Source of the DNA: Macrostomum lignano
Taxonomy: Eukaryota
DNA: 64,000 nucleotides
Reading direction: 5' to 3'
Assembly (NCBI GenBank): GCA_002269645.1
Contig: NIVC01001281.1
Span: 62,001 to 126,000, forward strand
The first letter of the stretch is position 1. Every line of letters starts with the position of its first letter. Made by a program: the position numbers and the translations under genes. The notes below the pieces were generated by a model. It searched no databases, had not been told where the DNA came from, and saw nothing but the letters and a program-made list of their open reading frames with translations. Positions 58,371 to 64,000 of the stretch are shown piece after piece.

Positions 58371-61300
58371 ATGCAAGCCGTGCTGGATTCAATCAAGTGG
58401 ACGCCCGAGCTTGGCCTGGGCCTGGCCGAGGTGGTTGTCTACGTGGCCATCGCCGGTCTAGCAGCTTTCCGGCTAGTGAAAACTAACGAGCGCCTGCTGG
58501 TGTTCTGGCTAGTCTACAACGGCCTCACACACTTCCTTATGGTAAGTTTTGCTCTTACTGCCTAGCTAGTCGCTGCCCAAGGACGTCTAAACGGGGTCAA
58601 CCGCCGACAAAATGTCCGGTAGAAGGACCAAAACCAACCCCTCCCAGGCACTACTAGAAAGACCACAACCAACCCCTCCCAGGCACCGCTAAAAGGACCA
58701 CAACCAACTTCCCAGGCACCACTAGAAGGACCAGACCACAACCAACCTCTCCCAGGCACCATTAGAAGGACCACAACCAACCCCTCCCAGACACCACTAG
58801 AAGGATCACAACCAGCCCCTCCCAGGCACCAATAGAAGGACCACAACCAGCCCCTCCCAGGCACCACTAGAAGGACCACAACCAGCCCCTCCCAGGCACC
58901 ACTAGAAGGACCAGACCACAACCAACCTCTCCCAAGCACCACTAGAAGGACCAGAACCAGCCTCTCCCAGACACCACTAGGAGGACCACAACCAGCCCCT
59001 CCCAGGCACCACTAGAAGGACCAGAACCAGCCTCTCCCAGACACCACTAGAAGGACCACAACCAGCCCCTCCCAGGCACCACTAGAAGGACCAGACCACA
59101 ACCAACTCCTCCCAGGCACCACTAGAAGGACCAGAACCAGCCTCTCCCAGACACCACTAGGAGGACCACAACCAGCCCCTCCCAGGCACCACTAGAAGGA
59201 CCAGACCACAACCAACCTCTCCCAGGCACCACTAGAAGGACCACAACCAGCCCCTCCCAGGCACCACTAGAAGGACCACAACCAGCCCCTCCCAGACACC
59301 ACTAGAAGGATCACAACCAGCCCCTCCCAGGCACCACTAGAAGGACCACAACCAGCCCCTCCCAGACACCACTAGAAGGATCACAACCAGCCCCTCCCAG
59401 GCACCACTAGAAGGACCACAACCAGCCCCTCCCAGACACCACTAGAAGGACCACAACCAGCCCCTCCCAGACACCACTAGAAGGACCACAACCAGCCCCT
59501 CCCAGGCACCACTAGAAGATCAAAACCGACGAGTGCTCAGGGACCACTACATCTGTAAAAGGACCAGGACCATCTCGTGTTTATAGAACGTGAACTTGTA
59601 AACTTGTGGTTCTTAGGGGGCGCTTTCACTAGGCCGAAACTTCACTGCCGAAAAATCATTTTAGCAGCCCCTTTCACTAGGCCGAAACTTCACTTTGCCG
59701 AAACTAACATGGTAACATTAAACTGAATCTTTAATCATTAATCATTATTATCATTATATGATGATGATGATGATTATTATTATTATTATTATTATTGATT
59801 AATCATTAATCATTATTATTAATCATTAATCATTAACAGACCTTAGAGATCTAGAACTAGAACCTACTAGATCTACGGGTCCTTGCACAGACCAATAACA
59901 GACAACAGACCAGGCCTGCATAGGGCTCGTTCCCGCTAGCGGCTAGACTGAAGGGTATGAGCGAGCAATTTAGGAAAAAAATGGGGAAGAGAGGAGGGAG
60001 ATTATGGGGCATATAAAAATCATATACTATTGTACATTGTCTTTTTGATACTAAAAACATACGGGTTGAATTTCACAGAAGCCAAAGAATTAGAGACTAA
60101 GAGCCATGCATATTCTATGAATCGGAATCCAGGCAAATCTGCATGCTTTCAAAGGAGCCCATGCGAGCATACGAGCACTCTACAACTTAAAAGTCCATCC
60201 GACTGAGACAGAAAATGCAATCAAAATAATAAGCAATCAAAGTTAACCCCAAATGAAGTAAGGAATGTTAAAAATATTCCATAAAAAACTGAGTGACCAT
60301 ATCGTGCTGGCCTACTTTGGTAGCAGAGTAACACTTAGGTCAAAATAAAGAAACTGGTGCAGAGAAATCGTCACTGCTTGCGGTTCCATTTTGGACGCTT
60401 AAGTTCACATCCCCTTTTGACCATAGTAAGGACGCAGCTAAAATGATTTTTCGGCCTAGTGAAGTTTCGGCCTAGTGAAGTTTCGGCCTAGTGAAAGAGG
60501 CTGCTAAAATGATTTTTCGGCAAAGCGAAGTTTCGGCCTAGTGAAGTTTCGGCCTTTTGAAAGAGCATGCTAGTCATTTCGGCAAAGTGAAGTTTCGGCC
60601 TAGTGAAGTTTCGGCCTAGAGAAAGACTATGCTAAATGATTTTTCGGCAAAGTGAAGTTTCGGCCTAATGAAGTTTCGGCCTTGTGAAGGAAGATGCTTT
60701 CGGCAAAGTGAAATTTCGGCCTAGTGAAACCCCCCCCCCCGTTCTTAGGAAGATTTTAAACGACTAGCCCCATAAGACAGAACATCTAGTTTCGAGAAAT
60801 TTAAGTATCTCGAATGAACAATGAGGTGGCTACATGTATACATTGTGGCAGTATGTTTAGATGAATGTATTTAATAACGAGTGTTGACACTGACAGTGAC
60901 ATTTCCTTAAAACTTACTCGCCCCATATTTCTGTGTACTTTTGACAAAAATCGACTAAAATATTGTTTAGGAAATTGTTACACACTGTTGAAAGCAGTTT
61001 TTTTTAATATGGAAAGTTAAACGCTTAATTTAGTATTCAACAATCTAATTTATGCAGGAGGGTCGGTTTGTGTACTATTCTTTGACTACAACGGCGGAGA
61101 ATGCTACTGGACCTCTGGCTCACGTTTGTAAGCAATGATGAAGCGGATGATTAATCTAAGTCAATTTATTCTTTATTAAAATACGCCTTCTTAACGCCTT
61201 TTGATTTTATGCATTACACTCAGACTTAACTTCTCATAACTGAACCCATCACTCTCCCTGAACCTATATCGCTGAATCCTGAACTGATCCCCCTGAGCGC

Positions 61301-62125
61301 ATCCTCGCCGTCCCCAGGGAAGGAGTACGGTGCCGCCGATGTCCGCTGGCTGTGGGCTGAGCAAAACATCGTTGCCATGGAGATTGTCACCGTGCTACTA
61401 GACGGCAGTCTGTGTTTCGCAATCATCTGGGCCATTAAGACTCACAGTCCTAATAGGCACTTTATGCAAGTCGTACTCTGCACCTGCGAGCTCTACGGGA
61501 GTAAGTTAAAAGGAATAACTCGTCATAAATACTTGTAACAAGATTTTGTACAGAACCGAAATATCTTAGCAAAGTTGGCGGCACTACTTAGTAAGTAGCT
61601 AGTACATCGCTTTCTGATCTTTTCTTTCGCTTTTCTGATCTTTCTTTAAAAATTGCCACTATAATTCAGCCTTTTTAGCACTTCAAAATACGAATACTAT
61701 ATATATGACTCTAAAAATGCTGAAAACTTTAAAACTCTTGAAATGATATTTTTCTGCTGACAGCGGTAAATTCTGAACTATAAGGATTTGGAACTTCTCA
61801 AATTTAATAAAGTGGTTTTTCAAGAGATCACGAAAGGTTAGGTCCCCCCGGGGGGTCTAATTTGCTAGTCCACGTATACTAAATTTGACTGAGGTGTGTT
61901 GTTATTCATGTCAACTAGAACCTCTCGACTTCGTTTTCAGACTGGATGACTTTCGCACCCGAGTGGCTGTCCGGCAACAAGAACCTGACTGACGACCCCT
62001 TCAAAGTTTGGTTCCACCTGTTCTTCTTTAACTTCCTGTGGGTTGTGTTTCCTCTGCTCATGCTGATCCAGTCCTACAAGGCGCTGTCGCATCCCAAGGT
62101 CATCCAGTCGAGGAAGACCAGATAG
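58371..62125 (+). CDS. EBPL: Emopamil-binding protein-like (EXPERA domain), about 202 aa, 4 exons
   Basis: Exons 58371-58541, 61058-61127, 61318-61500 and 61941-62125 total 609 nt in frame. Motifs WLVYNGLTHFLMEG, WKEYGAADVRW, ELYGNWMTFAPEWL, LFFFNFLWVVFP. Confidence 0.92.
58625..59520. repeat. ~35-bp minisatellite in EBPL intron 1
   Basis: Unit ccaggcaccactagaaggaccacaaccagcccctc and variants. Confidence 0.92.
59617..60740. mobile_element. Non-autonomous DNA transposon with modular foldback-type TIRs in EBPL intron 1
   Basis: gttcttag(g) is duplicated at 59609-17 and 60741-49. Left arm gggg-cgctttcactaggccgaaac is the inverse of the right arm ttcggcctagtgaagt repeats ending in a C run. The 8-vs-9-bp TSD leaves hAT/P versus Mutator open. 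Confidence 0.8.
61826..61887 (+). repeat. Short dispersed repeat, copy of 50315-50382
   Basis: Shared terminal blocks with 50315-50382. Confidence 0.7.
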
Positions 62126-62337
62126 ATTATCTGGGCGTTGAAGGGAAAAATTGACAGTTATTAGCGATAAAACAAATCTATGTACTGTTTAAGGCTTCTG
62201 TGGTGTAGGTTTACCAGAATTGTTAACTACTAAATAAACAATTTCCCATTAGAGCTGTTGACTCGCGCTGACACTCTGGAATCGGATATGTTGCATGGAA
62301 TTACATTGATTATTGACTCTGCAGAGTCTATCTGGTC

Positions 62338-63445
62338 ACAGTGTGGCATTCGTGACAGTGTAGCACTGGTGACAGTGTAGCACTGGTGACCGTGTAGCAC
62401 TGGTGACAGTGTAGCACTGGTGACAGTGTAGCACTGGTGACAGTGTAGCACTGGTGACAGTGTAGCACTGGTGACAGTGTAGCACTGGTGACAGTGTAGC
62501 ACTGGTGACAGTGTAGCACTGGTGACAGTGTAGCACTGGTGACAGTGTAGCACTGGTGACAGTGTAGCACTGGTGACCGTGTAGCACTGGTGACAGTGTA
62601 GCACTGGTGACTGTGTAGCACTGGTGACCGTGTAGCACTGGTGACCGTGTAGCACTGGTGACCGTGTAGCACTGGTGACAGTGTAGCACCGGTGACCGTG
62701 TTGCACTGGTGACAGTGTAGCACTGGTGACCGTGTAGCACTGGTGACAGTGTAGCACTGGTGACAGTGTAGCACTGGTGACCGTGTAGCACTGGTGACCG
62801 TGTAGTACTGGTGACCGTGTAGCACTGGTGACAGTGTAGCACTGGTGACAGTGTAGCACTGGTGACCGTGTAGCACTGGTGACAGTGTAGCACTGGTGAC
62901 AGTGTAGCACTGGTGACAGTGTAGCACTGATGACCGTGTAGCACTGGTGACAGTGTAGCACTGGTGACAGTGTAGCACTGGTGACAGTGTAGCACTGATG
63001 ACCGTGTAGCACTGGTGACAGTGTAGCACTGGTGACAGTGTAGCACTGGTGACCGTGTAGCACTGGTGACAGTGTAGCACTGGTGACAGTGTAGCACTGG
63101 TGACAGTGTAGCACTGGTGACAGTGTAGCACTGGTGACAGTGTAGCACTGGTGACAGTGTAGCACTGGTGACCGTGTAGCACTGGTGACAGTGTAGCACT
63201 GGTGACCGTGTAGCACTGGTGACAGTGTAGCACTGGTGACCGTGTAGCACTGGTGACCGTGTAGTACTGGTGACAGTGTAGCACTGGTGACCGTGTAGCA
63301 CTGGTGACAGTGTAGCACTGGTGACAGTGTAGCACTGGTGACAGTGTAGCACTGGTGACAGTGTAGCACTGGTGACCGTGTAGCACTGTTGACCGTGTAG
63401 CACTGGTGACAGTGTAGCACTGGTGACCGTGTAGTACTAGCAACT
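62338..63445. repeat. 17-bp minisatellite
   Basis: Unit gtgacMgtgtagcactg. It explains the three Cys/His-rich minus-strand ORFs. Confidence 0.96.
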
Positions 63446-64000
63446 GACAGTTACGACTGGTATAGCCAGGTTACATTTTTTGACTAAAGCATGATAAAAA
63501 ATACTTTTTACTTTCATTATAGCTCCTAAAAATTGCAAGTACTCGACCTCGTAGAACGATAGAGCTTATTACTTGTACATCGACTGTTACATGTAGAGGC
63601 CATTCCGAGTTTGAGTAGTCCTAGCGACTAGCAGGGCTAAGGGAATCGAACTTTATGACTCCAATTGCCATTCTTAATAACCCATAAGTTAAACTAAGCA
63701 AGAAGAAGCCTCAGATTGTGCATTAGCCGACCACAATCGACCTTGTTCTGCCCCAACTGTCTGTTACTTCGCTGTGACTGAATGACTAGCTGTGACTATA
63801 ATACGAGAGTAATGCGGCAAAGTTCACCGAGACCGGTTTTACCAGTGGCAGAGGCGGGCGTCTTATCAATGAAGCTGTTGGAAAACTAAGCGAGCTGGCA
63901 CTTTGGGTAAGCCACAAAGATATGAGCTGACTCTCAAGCATGCTGTAGTGATCTGCAGCATTTGCCCTCTCGCTGTTACCCCCCTTCTCGAGTCGAAAAA

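Noticed and set aside
62230-63443. Three 355-396-aa Cys/His-rich ORFs resembling metal-binding proteins
   Set aside because: All three frames translate the same 17-bp array; they are open only because the unit lacks stops on that strand.

Overview
Eukaryotic (metazoan) genomic window with GC-rich exons, AT-rich spacers and minisatellite-filled introns. The style resembles a flatworm such as Macrostomum; this is an inference, not a database result. Gene models were built by eye from GT/GC-AG sites and protein motifs: ELL (+), an unrecognised acidic-repeat/RRM-like gene (+), MICU1 (+, first EF-hand deleted with a frameshift as assembled), CWF19L2 (-, GC-AG intron, 11x 15-aa coding repeat), an intronless 851-aa coiled-coil protein (-), an MPP2/6-type MAGUK (+), a small membrane-protein gene split by a retrotransposon, a 79-aa RGG/zinc-knuckle/polyQ ORF (-) and EBPL (+). 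Mobile DNA includes an intact 4.18-kb RTE-type LINE, a tRNA-head CORE-like SINE, a hAT MITE, two foldback-type elements and a Helitron helicase tail. The top finding is a fully base-paired HDV-like self-cleaving ribozyme fold at the exact 5' end of the LINE (43711-43801). It carries an extra 17-nt hairpin inside loop L3 and overlaps an ORF with no in-frame AUG until the endonuclease domain. Also notable are sharply bounded CpG deserts directly upstream of three genes and a private minisatellite in most long introns.
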